Source: Phyllobates terribilis
Lineage: Eukaryota
NCBI RefSeq assembly: GCF_046119375.1
Contig: NW_027362771.1
Location: forward strand, 418,996,001-419,060,000
Reading direction: 5' to 3'
Length of the DNA: 64,000 nt
Shown in pieces: positions 36,126-47,791 of this stretch. Within the stretch, counting starts at the first letter, position 1. Every line of letters starts with the position of its first letter. The position numbers were made by a program, and so were the translations under genes. Below the pieces are notes generated by a model. It did not search any database and was not told the DNA's origin. It worked only from the letters and a program-made list of their open reading frames with translations.

Positions 36126-37202
36126 TGCAGGCACACAACCCATACACATATGAAAGGAAAAAAAAACACCACATAGTCACCTTGCTCTCGTTCCCCTGGC
36201 ACTCTGCTTCGGTGTCTGATGCACTGACTCTCCACACAGCAGACGCGATGTAGTGACGTCATCACGTTTGCTGTGTCAGTCGCACACGATGACTGGTGGA
36301 AGTAGGAGTCGGCGGCTCCATCTTCCACCATTGTATTCACTGTAGTCTGCATCCTGAGGATGCAAATACCGGTAATATTGGGATAGCAGAGGGTATGGTG
36401 CGGTCCTTGGGCCACAGTTTTCATCCCTTCAGCTGTTTCAGTCTGCTGGTTAGACTTTGTAGTTACAGTATAATATATACCAGCCATTGGCAGACATCAG
36501 TCGTACTATTCACACATTAACCTGTACATAACATCTGATGTCTGTTCACACAGTACACCACATACAGTATATAGGGGAATACATGACTGGTATATAATAC
36601 ACTGACTACAGACATCTGATGGTATATAGCAATGTGTATTTTTAAAACATCTTGTGTCACAGCAGATAAGTCACTAAGAATCTTTATACTGGATCTGGTA
36701 TATTATGTACAGATACAGCAGCGGGGATTTTATAAATAACTACACGAAAATAAATGTAGATGCAAGCAGGTGTAGTGTTATAGAAACTTAAAACTTAACA
36801 TTTATTACCATAGGATAAAATATGTGCAAAATACAAGGACATAAAAACACACAGATGAACTGTCTGTGATATACAATAGCCAAAAAACTTCCATATATTG
36901 TTGCTTCCAAAGATAAAGATATATGTCATATAAGCATATTATATCTCTGACACAACCAAGGGAAAAATGGCAATAAGAAAAAATGGAGCCTGCGGTACAC
37001 TATACCAACTGGTTGTGCCTCAAATATGTGAGAACATGGAAACGTTAGCCCTATCAATGGTGACCATTTAACCTTACTATATATAGAAATGGAACATCCT
37101 CACCAGTTTTGATATCCGTTCACGCTCTCAGACTTCAGAGTAGCTCCATATGATGGGGGCAGACCAAAACTCATAAGGTCACCAGCCCATCACAAAATAC
37201 CG

Positions 37203-37243
37203 CTCCCGACGCGTTTCTTAGCCTTAGCTCGTCATCAGGGGAA
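37203..37243 (-). ncRNA. Minimal hammerhead ribozyme motif (inverted copy)
   Basis: Reverse complement of the motif at 39378-39416. Confidence 0.65.
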
Positions 37244-37411
37244 AAGGAGAGAAGACATGCGGTATGCACGCTGCCCAAAATCGCGCAGCTCATTCACCAG
37301 ACAGCGCCATCTGACACTTTGATAAGTCCTCTTTTAAATCCTGGTCGCGCTATGTTCGCGATCGTGTCACTTCCGGTTCCGGTCAACTGACATCCGGTAT
37401 GTGGAACGCAG

Positions 37412-38560
37412 ATTGAGGGTGGCGAAAACATTTTGCTATGGGTTCGATATATTGATGATGTCCTAGTTTTGTGGAAAGGGGACAAAACATCTTTTGGAAA
37501 CCTTGTGGAAAGGCTGAATTACAATGACCTTAACCTACATTTCACTTTTGAGTTTGGCCCCCATGAGTTGCCCTTCCTTGACATTTTGATACGGATAGGA
37601 AGGGATGGAGAGATAGGGACTAGTACATATAGGAAAACGACTGCCTCAAATTCTTTCCTCAGGTGGGAAAGCAACCATCCAGTCCCCCTTAAGAGGGGCA
37701 TACCGAAGGGGCAATTCATGAGGGTCCGGAGGAACTGTTCGGACGATGCCATCTTTAGAGCCCAGGCTACTGACCTCTGCAAAAGGTTCTATGAGAGGGG
37801 TTATCCAAAGAAGGTAATAGCTGAGGCCGATGAGGGGACTTTGGCCAGGGACCGCTCCTCCCTGTTACACCCATCTCCAAATTTGGATAAGGATAATACT
37901 TTCTGCAGACTTATCACTACATTCACCAACCAGTCATATACGGTTCGTAGGATACTACAAAAACATTGGCCAATTTTATTAATGGACGAGGACATTGGTG
38001 ACGTGGTCGACTCTAGACCCATGATAACCTACAAAAAGGGCAGATCCCTTAGGGACAGATTGGTCCACAGTCACTATATGGGCCATATGGGGAACAAATG
38101 GTTGAAAAGTTCCACAATTGGTTGTTTTAGGTGCAGTGGATGCGTATCATGTAAAGTTATCACGCAAGGAAAAGACTTCACAAGCAATGTCACCGGGAAA
38201 ACATTTGTTGTCAAACATTTCATTAACTGTAGATCCAAGGGAATTATCTATATGGCCAAATGTGTCTGTGGAATGGAATATGTGGGGAAAACAAGGAGGG
38301 AATTGAGGAGAAGAGTGGGGGAACATCAAAGGGATATTGTCCTGAAAAGAGACACCCCCCTGGCGAAACATGTGAATAACGTACACCCGTACAGCAGGGA
38401 TACAATACGATTTATGGGAATTGATAAAGTCATGGCCCCACCAAGAGGGGGCGACTGGGACAAACTGATTCTGCAAAGAGAGACGAAGTGGATCTTTAGA
38501 CTGCGTACAATGGCTCCTCACGGCCTCAATGAGCAGTTGTCCTATAGGTCATTCCTATAA
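37412..38560 (+). pseudogene. 5'-truncated copy of the PLE RT/GIY-YIG ORF
   Basis: Starts just upstream of WVRYIDD; matches the C-terminal half of the 780-aa ORF except for rare substitutions (EADEG vs EAYEG). Confidence 0.9.
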
Positions 38561-39377
38561 GTGCAGGGTGAACTAGGGAGAGGAGTGTAGGGACAGCCGT
38601 CGAGGAGTGGGGGCGCCATCTGCGCAGGTCTTTAGGGTGCCAACCTCCACTGTAAGGTAGGGTGACTTTGTTAGCTACTTAATAGGGCTTTTTATAGGTC
38701 CCCTGGCCCCCTACATTTATGTTTCTCTCTCTCTCCTTTTCTGTGATTTGCGGTCCCTCCTAGTTCCCCTCATGGGTCCCCTCATATTCCTTCTTATATT
38801 TTTTCATACCTCCCCTTTTTTTCATAATTTCATTTTCATCTCCATATTTTTTATCTTCATTACCCTATTTGGGTTTCAAGTGCGCTCTTGGGCTCGGCCG
38901 TGGCACCCACTGTGCGGTTTTGACCTATGAAGTATCTCCAGCTCCTGAACCACTGGGGCAGAACAGACGCGGTTAGTATATACCGCCGCATATATGGTAT
39001 GTTCCTGGATGAGTGTCAGCTACTGTTTTGTCAGGATACTCGCCCTGGTTTGGGGTATTTGTGGATGGGAGGGCTTCTTGGCACCATCCAACACAAGATG
39101 TCAGTTGGCTACCTTGTGTGCCCCTTAATCGTCGCTCCGTAGTGTGCGGTTTCTTCCTTGTATGTGATGCGCACACCGGAAGTGACGCTTGCGTGTCACA
39201 GCCGGCATCTGCGTTCCACATACCGGATGTCAGTTGACCGGAACCGGAAGTGACACGATCGCGAACATAGCACGACCAGGATTTAAAAGAGGACTTATCA
39301 AAGTGTCAGATGGCGCTGTCTGGTGAATGAGCTGCGCGATTTTGGGCAGCGTGCATACCGCATGTCTTCTCTCCTTT

Positions 39378-39416
39378 TCCCCTGATGACGAGCTAAGGCT
39401 AAGAAACGCGTCGGGA
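39378..39416 (+). ncRNA. Minimal hammerhead ribozyme motif in PLE 3' region / pseudo-LTR
   Basis: TCCC-CTGATGA-cg AGC taag GCT aa-GAAA-CGCG-TC-GGGA. Palindromic ACGCGT stem III as in dimeric PLE hammerheads; stem II imperfect. Confidence 0.65.
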
Positions 39417-39931
39417 GCGGTATTTTGTGATGGGCTGGTGACCTTATGAGTTTTGGTCTGCCCCCATCATATGGAGCTACTCTGAAGTCTGAGAGCGTGA
39501 ACGGATATCAAAACTGGTGAGGATGTTCCATTTCTATATATAGTAAGGTTAAATGGTCACCATTGATAGGGCTAACGTTTCCATGTTCTCACATATTTGA
39601 GGCACAACCAGTTGGTATAGTGTACCGCAGGCTCCATTTTTTCTTATTGCCATTTTTCCCTTGGTTGTGTCAGAGATATAATATGCTTATATGACATATA
39701 TCTTTATCTTTGGAAGCAACAATATATGGAAGTTTTTTGGCTATTGTATATCACAGACAGTTCATCTGTGTGTTTTTATGTCCTTGTATTTTGCACATAT
39801 TTTATCCTATGGTAATAAATGTTAAGTTTTAAGTTTCTATAACACTACACCTGCTTGCATCTACATTTATTTTCGTGTAGTTATTTCTAAAATCCCCGCT
39901 GCTGTATCTTGATAATTGAATAATAAGTGGT

Positions 39932-40704
39932 ATGGCTGGATTTCTGTCAGTAGGTATAGACACCAGCCAGTGGGCCACCGAGGCCAAAGAGGTCTTTTCT
40001 GAGCGCACTTTTGCCCAAAAAAATACACTCCCACTTTTTCGGCCGCTTTTAGAGAATCAACTAAAATTTATAAACAGCAGATTACATCCTGGTGGGAGGT
40101 ACAAACACTTGAGAATTACCTAAGGGCAGGCATCGTCCCGAGGAACCTCCGGATTACTTTGTTCCCTTCATTTCGGTACAAGAGTCAGACCCTGCTGAGT
40201 CTCTGGGAAAAGGAGGCGACCGCGAGTTCTTTAAGATTTATGAAACTGCTTCTAGATGAGGAGAGGATTACATTAGCAGCTTTGAATGAATCATTGAGAA
40301 CACAAGTGGAATTAACCAAAAAATTTTCCTTGGAACCTGAATTTAATGCTAAGGAAACGCTACTTCAGAACACAATAGAAAGATTTCAATATCATCTGAA
40401 GGAACGGAAGCATAAATTTTTTATTAAAGATTTACAAGAGTTCAAGGAAAATAAGGCTTATAATTTTCTCTCTAATAGGAGTCCAAGATATCCGGACACA
40501 GACATTTCGTCCACTGACACTGATCTCTCTGAGTCAGAGGTTAGATCCAAATCACATCGTGGTAGACAGAGGGGAAGAGGGGGCGGTAGGATTCGTGGCA
40601 GAAATAATAGCAATAGGAGATCCCCCCTTAGGACTCATTTTTTAGAGGAGGGTTATCCACTACGCAACCGCCTCAATCTGAGCAATCCAGCACCGACATT
40701 ATGA
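39932..40704 (+). CDS. PLE upstream ORF (~257 aa if one frameshift at the A7 run 40017-40023 is corrected), coiled-coil with R/G-rich tail
   Basis: MAGFLSVG...FAQ joins KYTPTF...SWWEVQTLENYL...LFPSFRYKSQ in the -1 frame. Tail RGRQRGRGGGRIRGR. Stop overlaps the ORF2 start (ATGA). Confidence 0.65.
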
Positions 40705-43043
40705 ATCCCCAAATCATAAACCTATCCTCGAGGAGCCTCACTTCCTTAGAACTGGAGGTCTTGGATAGGGGTCTGACTTTTGTGCCGACAACAGACTACA
40801 ATTTTTTTGAGGTTATAAAGGATGTAAACTTATTTGTGCGCAAGTTGAAGTGGCGCAAGCACTTCATTAAGATTGATAAACAGGCATGCGCAGAACTGGG
40901 GGTCCGTGAAGAACTCCTACCTGATATTAGAACCCTTTTTCACCTTGGCGATGCTGATCCTAACCTTGAGGGTAATAGTCCATTCACCAATTTGAAACTG
41001 AAGAGCACTAAAATGCCACCCCCACAGAGTGATTTGAGTCCCATTGATGTATTTCTGAACATGGTGACTAATGACCTGAGAGACCTGGAGAATGATTCCA
41101 GACGCTTTAGACACAATTTCACTCGTTGTGAGATGCAGGCACTGAGATCACTGGAAAATGATCAACACATTACCATAAAACCTTCGGATAAAGGAGGTAA
41201 CGTGGTGATCATGGATACCAGTGACTATCACTTGATGTGCAGTGTAATACTAAACGTCAAGGAGTGTTATAGCACATTAAATGCGGACCCCACGAGTAGG
41301 TTTTCTCAAGAACTGGAGGAACTGGCAAATGAGGCTATGAGGGATGGTATTTTAAACAAACAGGAGAGAGACTTTATCTGTCCAGTCCATCCAGTTATGT
41401 CCACCTTTTATAGTTTACCAAAGGTACATAAGGGCCTGAATCCACTGAAAGGATGCCCCATAATATCCGGGACAAACAATCTAACCCAAAATCTGGGAAT
41501 ATATTTGGAGAAGGTACTTAAACCCTTTGTCTTAAGTTTGAACTCATTTATCGGTGACACCAACGACCTGCTCCGCAAACTAGAAGGTATGACAGTTGAT
41601 AAAGACGTGACTCTAGCTAGCATAGATGTCGAGTCATTATACTCCTCAATACCCCATGATAGTGGTCTGGAGGCGATACGCTTTTTCCTTCTTGGGAGAG
41701 GCAAACAATTTGAGCGACACAATCATTTCGTGATGGAGGCCCTGCAGTTCTGCTTGACAAAAAATGTGTTCCTCTTCGGTGGGAAATACTTCCACCAACT
41801 CAGGGGTACTGCGATGGGGAGTCCATGTGCCCCATCGTATGCCAATTTATACCTGGGTTGGTGGGAGGAAACCGTGGTGTTTGGGGACATCCCCATTGAG
41901 GGTGGCGAAAACATTTTGCTATGGGTTCGATATATTGATGATGTCCTAGTTTTGTGGAAAGGGGACAAAACATCTTTTGGAAACCTTGTGGAAAGGCTGA
42001 ATTACAATGACCTTAACCTACATTTCACTTTTGAGTTTGGCCCCCATGAGTTGCCCTTCCTTGACATTTTGATACGGATAGGAAGGGATGGAGAGATAGG
42101 GACTAGTACATATAGGAAAACGACTGCCTCAAATTCTTTCCTCAGGTGGGAAAGCAACCATCCAGTCCCCCTTAAGAGGGGCATACCGAAGGGGCAATTC
42201 ATGAGGGTCCGGAGGAACTGTTCGGACGATGCCATCTTTAGAGCCCAGGCTACTGACCTCTGCAAAAGGTTCTATGAGAGGGGTTATCCAAAGAAGGTAA
42301 TAGCTGAGGCCTATGAGGGGACTTTGGCCAGGGACCGCTCCTCCCTGTTACACCCATCTCCAAATTTGGATAAGGATAATACTTTCTGCAGACTTATCAC
42401 TACATTCACCAACCAGTCATATACGGTTCGTAGGATACTACAAAAACATTGGCCAATTTTATTAATGGACGAGGACATTGGTGACGTGGTCGACTCTAGA
42501 CCCATGATAACCTACAAAAAGGGCAGATCCCTTAGGGACAGATTGGTCCACAGTCACTATATGGGCCATATGGGGAACAAATGGTTGAAAAGTTCCACAA
42601 TTGGTTGTTTTAGGTGCAGTGGATGCGTATCATGTAAAGTTATCACGCAAGGAAAAGACTTCACAAGCAATGTCACCGGGAAAACATTTGTTGTCAAACA
42701 TTTCATTAACTGTAGATCCAAGGGAATTATCTATATGGCCAAATGTGTCTGTGGAATGGAATATGTGGGGAAAACAAGGAGGGAATTGAGGAGAAGAGTG
42801 GGGGAACATCAAAGGGATATTGTCCTGAAAAGAGACACCCCCCTGGCGAAACATGTGAATAACGTACACCCGTACAGCAGGGATACAATACGATTTATGG
42901 GAATTGATAAAGTCATGGCCCCACCAAGAGGGGGCGACTGGGACAAACTGATTCTGCAAAGAGAGACGAAGTGGATCTTTAGACTGCGTACAATGGCTCC
43001 TCACGGCCTCAATGAGCAGTTGTCCTATAGGTCATTCCTATAA
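40701..43043 (+). CDS. Penelope-like RT + GIY-YIG endonuclease (Neptune-like Cys linker), intact
   Basis: 780 aa: KPSDKGGNVV, SIDVESLYSSI, GTAMGSPCAPSYANL, YIDD, CFRCSGCVSC linker, IIYMAKCVCGMEYVGKT...R..GEH...H...ETKW...GLN. Confidence 0.96.
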   Translation: MNPQIINLSSRSLTSLELEVLDRGLTFVPTTDYNFFEVIKDVNLFVRKLKWRKHFIKIDKQACAELGVREELLPDIRTLFHLGDADPNLEGNSPFTNLKLKSTKMPPPQSDLSPIDVFLNMVTNDLRDLENDSRRFRHNFTRCEMQALRSLENDQHITIKPSDKGGNVVIMDTSDYHLMCSVILNVKECYSTLNADPTSRFSQELEELANEAMRDGILNKQERDFICPVHPVMSTFYSLPKVHKGLNPLKGCPIISGTNNLTQNLGIYLEKVLKPFVLSLNSFIGDTNDLLRKLEGMTVDKDVTLASIDVESLYSSIPHDSGLEAIRFFLLGRGKQFERHNHFVMEALQFCLTKNVFLFGGKYFHQLRGTAMGSPCAPSYANLYLGWWEETVVFGDIPIEGGENILLWVRYIDDVLVLWKGDKTSFGNLVERLNYNDLNLHFTFEFGPHELPFLDILIRIGRDGEIGTSTYRKTTASNSFLRWESNHPVPLKRGIPKGQFMRVRRNCSDDAIFRAQATDLCKRFYERGYPKKVIAEAYEGTLARDRSSLLHPSPNLDKDNTFCRLITTFTNQSYTVRRILQKHWPILLMDEDIGDVVDSRPMITYKKGRSLRDRLVHSHYMGHMGNKWLKSSTIGCFRCSGCVSCKVITQGKDFTSNVTGKTFVVKHFINCRSKGIIYMAKCVCGMEYVGKTRRELRRRVGEHQRDIVLKRDTPLAKHVNNVHPYSRDTIRFMGIDKVMAPPRGGDWDKLILQRETKWIFRLRTMAPHGLNEQLSYRSFL

Positions 43044-43859
43044 GTGCAGGGTGAACTAGGGAGAGGAGTGTAGGGACAGCCGTCGAGGAGTGGGGGCGCC
43101 ATCTGCGCAGGTCTTTAGGGTGCCAACCTCCACTGTAAGGTAGGGTGACTTTGTTAGCTACTTAATAGGGCTTTTTATAGGTCCCCTGGCCCCCTACATT
43201 TATGTTTCTCTCTCTCTCCTTTTCTGTGATTTGCGGTCCCTCCTAGTTCCCCTCATGGGTCCCCTCATATTCCTTCTTATATTTTTTCATACCTCCCCTT
43301 TTTTTCATAATTTCATTTTCATCTCCATATTTTTTATCTTCATTACCCTATTTGGGTTTCAAGTGCGCTCTTGGGCTCGGCCGTGGCACCCACTGTGCGG
43401 TTTTGACCTATGAAGTATCTCCAGCTCCTGAACCACTGGGGCAGAACAGACGCGGTTAGTATATACCGCCGCATATATGGTATGTTCCTGGATGAGTGTC
43501 AGCTACTGTTTGGTCTGGATACTCGCCCTGGTTTGGGGTATTTGTGGATGGGAGGGCTTCTTGGAACCATCCAACACAAGATGTCAGTTGGCTACCTTGT
43601 GTGCCCCTTAATCGTCGCTCCGTAGTGTGCGGTTTCTTCCTTGTATGTGATGCGCACACCGGAAGTGACGCTTGCGTGTCACAGCCGGCATCTGCGTTCC
43701 ACATACCGGATGTCAGTTGACCGGAACCGGAAGTGACACGATCGCGAACATAGCGCGACCAGGATTTAAAAGAGGACTTATCAAAGTGTCAGATGGCGCT
43801 GTCTGGTGAATGAGCTGCGCGATTTTGGGCAGCGTGCATACCGCATGTCTTCTCTCCTT

Positions 43860-43898
43860 TTCCCCTGATGACGAGCTAAGGCTAAGAAACGCGTCGGG
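43860..43898 (+). ncRNA. Minimal hammerhead ribozyme motif (full-length copy)
   Basis: Same sequence as 39378-39416. Confidence 0.65.
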
Positions 43899-45155
43899 AG
43901 CGGTATTTTGTGATGGGCTGGTGACCTTATGAGTTTTGGTCTGCCCCCATCATATGGAGCTACTCTGAAGTCTGAGAGCGTGAACGGATATCAAAACTGG
44001 TGAGGATGTTCCATTTCTATATATAGTAAGGTTAAATGGTCACCATTGATAGGGCTAACGTTTCCATGTTCTCACATATTTGAGGCACAACCAGTTGGTA
44101 TAGTGTACCGCAGGCTCCATTTTTTCTTATTGCCATTTTTCCCTTGGTTGTGTCAGAGATATAATATGCTTATATGACATATATCTTTATCTTTGGAAGC
44201 AACAATATATGGAAGTTTTTTGGCTATTGTATATCACAGACAGTTCATCTGTGTGTTTTTATGTCCTTGTATTTTGCACATATTTTATCCTATGGTAATA
44301 AATGTTAAGTTTTAAGTTTCTATAACACTACACCTGCTTGCATCTATATTATGTACAGGGATAAACACTGTACTGAACACATCTGGACCTGCCTACAGGA
44401 CCTCACATATTATATATGGGGCCATATAGTAGAATCTGATGTGCTGTAGGTTCAGGTGTAATCAGTCTGGGTCCTGTATTGTGAGGTCTGTGGCCTCTGC
44501 TGGGGCTCAGTGTGATTTATTGCACCAGAATGAACTTTCCACACTGACAGGACGACCCTAATCTGCATCGAAGTTCAGACTCCTGCAATAACTTACACGT
44601 AGCCCCTCTGACCTGACAATATAGAATCCTGGGTGAGGAGATGAGCAGCGTCCTGCTGCCCCCTCACTGCAGACCTTCTGACCACATATTTATCCACGGT
44701 GGTCTCTGATCCACAGGCTCCTCTCCGGCACTAAATCAGCTCCAGGCGCCCTGTGTCATCAAAGCAGCAGACGCAGCCACGTAGTGTGCAGTGCAGGGAG
44801 CGTGTCTGCATCTCTGCGATGTGGCAAGCACAGCTGCTGAACAAAGGTACAGTGCGGTTCCCCGTATTTTTCGGACCACAAGAAGCACTTTTTTCCCCCC
44901 AAACTTGGGAGGAAAATGGGGGGGTGCGTCTTATGGTCTGATCAAAAACAGTTGCATACGTGATAGTTGTGGTGGCAGCAGCAGAAGAGGTGAGATGCTG
45001 CGGGCCAGTGTCTAGCTAGGGAGTGGTGAGCGGCACTACTTTCCGGTGTGCGCGGCCATCTTCCTGAAGCTGTGATCTACAGGAAAATAGCCGCCCAAGC
45101 CGGCGCATGTGTGGCGCCCCTGCTACGCATGTGTGCCACAGATCCTAGAGGGGTG

Positions 45156-47791
45156 TGTAGCACCCCGAGGGCTCGGCTGCTACAGGGGTATTGCACCTCA
45201 AACCAGAGGTGTGATATTCCACTCCCGGGTAAGGATGGAGTGTGGACCAGGACTCGTTAGGCTGCATGTGTAGCACCCCGAGGGCTCGGCTGCTACAGGT
45301 GTATTGCGCCTCAAACCAGAGGTGTGATATTCCACTCCCGGGTAAGGATGGAGTGTGGACCAGGACTCAGTAGGCTGCATGCACCACACACACCCCATTT
45401 CCGAGGGACAGCTCAACGGTGCTCCCACTAGACAGAAGTGCAGGCACGACAGCATCTGTCCCTGGCTGGAGTGGGGAGGGGAAAGTACACCCAGTGGTGT
45501 AGGAGCAGATAGGGGTGGGTCTCTGGGCATAGGTAGGAGCCCATCGGTTGCTAGTCACCTGGGCTCGGGTGTTAGAAGGAGGTATATAAGGTGGGCACCA
45601 TCTTAGAGTAGTGAGTTCAGTCAGGAGGAGAAAAGGAGAGGAGCTCAGCCAGAGAGGGCTGACAGGGAGCTGTGGCTCAGTCTGGGCCCAGCTCCAGAGG
45701 CAGGCCTGGAGTGGAGGCCAGAAACAGCAGAAAGAGAGAGAAGAAAGAACAGAAAGGAAAGTAAGAAAGGAACTGGAACATAGGAGAAAGGAAGCAAGGA
45801 ACACAGAGAAAGGCCCAGAGACACGAAGACAGAAGGAACCCCATATGCCCAGGAGATACAGGGTGAAGGGTTGGCAGAACAGGGTACCGGAACCCAAATT
45901 GGTGGAGGCAACAGATTCCTCAGCCAAAGACCGGAGGTTGTTACCACATCTTGGTGCGACCCCTCACTACATCCACCAGGAAGGCATACCATATAGGGTC
46001 AGGGACGCAGAGATCAGCGTGCCCAGAGAAGGCCCGAGGGAGCTGGACAAAGGTGGGTCACTGGTGGGGATGGCCAGAGAAAGGAAAGGAAGGGAGCCCT
46101 GTGCCACGCTCTGGAATTGCCTGGGAGTTGGTCGAGTCCCTTGCCTGGTGAACGCAGCATGGCTCAGGCGGTCCCTCATGTGCACAAGTGACCAGAATAA
46201 CAACCGTGAGTAAAGCTTTGGAAACTGCAATTACAAGTCTCTGTGTTTCATCGCCGCACCAGCACCATCAGTACTGGGACACTCACACCGTCACTCCCAT
46301 CATCCACATTAGCTGCCCTGAGGCAATACTTCTCCCGTGGGGAGTTATCCCATACTCGGCTGCGCAAACAACATCAGCCTCAGCGGTCGGCAGCACAGCG
46401 GCGGTCCCCACTGACCGCAATCCACGGGTGGCGTAGTCGGACAATTACAATACCAATAGACTGCCACTGGTTTGACCGCCCTGGGCACGGACCGGGTCAC
46501 CGCCACGGAGAACTACAACCCCCAGCGATCCGGCTCCGGGTATCCCCCTGCACAGCACGGGCCCAGGGGGCGCGTCACATGCACCACACACACCCCATTT
46601 CCGAGGGACAGGTCAACGGTGCTCCCACGAGACAGGAGTGCAGGCACGACAGCATTTGTCCCTGGCTGGAATGGGGAGGGGAAAGTACACCCAGTGGTGT
46701 AGGAGCAGTTAGGGGTGGGTCTCTGGGCATAGGTAGGAGCCCATTGATTGCTAGTCACCTGGGCTGACACATAGAGGGAAGTATATAAGGTGGGCACCAT
46801 ATTAGATCTGAAGTCAGTTCAGTTCAGTCAGGAGTTCAGCCAGAGAGGGCTGACAGGGAGCTGTGGCTCAGTCTGGGCCCAGCTCCAGAGGCAGGCCTGG
46901 AGTGGAGGCCAGAAACAGCAGAAAGAGAGAGGAGAAGGAACGGAAAGGAAAGTTAGAAACAAGGAACTGGAACATAGGAGAAAGGAAGCAAGGAACACAG
47001 AGAAAGGCCCAGAGACGCGAGTAAAGAAGGAACCCCATATGCCCAGGAGATACAGGGTGAAGGGTTGGCAGAGCAGGGTACCGGAACCCAAATTGGTGGA
47101 GGCAACAAATTCCTCAGCCAAAGACCGGAGGTTGTTACCACATCTTGGTGCGACCCCTCACTACATCCACCAGGAAGGCATACCATATAGGGTCAGGGAG
47201 ACCAGAGATAGGTTTCGCCAATAGAAGGCCCGAGGGAGCTGGACAAAGGTGGGTCACTGGTGGGGACGGCCAGAGAAAGGAAAGGAAGGGAGCCCTGTGC
47301 CACACTCTGGAATTGCCTGGGAGTTGGTCGAGTCCCTTGCCTGGTGGACGCAGCACGGCTTGGGCAGTCATCGCCTGCAGGATTGACACGAATAACAACT
47401 GTGAGTAAAGCATTGGAAACTGCAACCGCACGTCTCTGTGTTTCATCGCCGCACCAGCACCATTAGTACTGGGACGCTCACACCATCACTCCCACCATCT
47501 TCCACACTAGCTGCCCTGAGGCAACACTTCTCCCGTGGGGAGTTATTCCATACTCGGCTGCGCAAACTACATCAGCCTCAGCGGTCTGCAGCGCAGCGGC
47601 GGTCCCCACTGACCGCAATCCACGGGTGGCGTAGTCGGACACTTGTTACAACATTAAGACTGCCACTGAATTGACCACCCTGGGCACGGACCGGGTCGCC
47701 GCCACACGGAGACTACAACCCCCAGCGTCCCACCAGAGACCCGGCTCCGGGTAACTCACACACGTGCGTACATGGCCCAGGGGGCGAGTCA
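45156..47791 (+). mobile_element. Middle solo LTR (1323 bp net), TSD GGTG, same family as the CSD element LTR
   Basis: GGTG|TGTAGCACCCCGAGGG...GGCCCAGGGGGCGAGTCA|GGTG; interrupted after 113 bp. Confidence 0.9.
45269..46577 (+). mobile_element. Inner solo LTR (1309 bp), TSD CATG, same family
   Basis: CATG|TGTAGCACCCCGAGGG...GGCCCAGGGGGCGCGTCA|CATG; the host LTR resumes with CACCACACAC. Confidence 0.92.

Larger units (their letters stand above)
36713..44344 (+). mobile_element. Complete Penelope-like element insertion: inverted 3' segment, 5'-truncated tandem copy, full-length copy
   Basis: Flanked by direct repeat TATATTATGTACAG (36699-36712, 44345-44358). 36711-37413 is the reverse complement of the element 3' end. 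37412-39909 repeats 41894 onward almost exactly. Confidence 0.93.

Noticed and set aside
44591-44820. Possible host exon ending in a minus-strand GTAAGT donor
   Set aside because: No sustained reading frame or recognisable product; a non-coding exon cannot be excluded.
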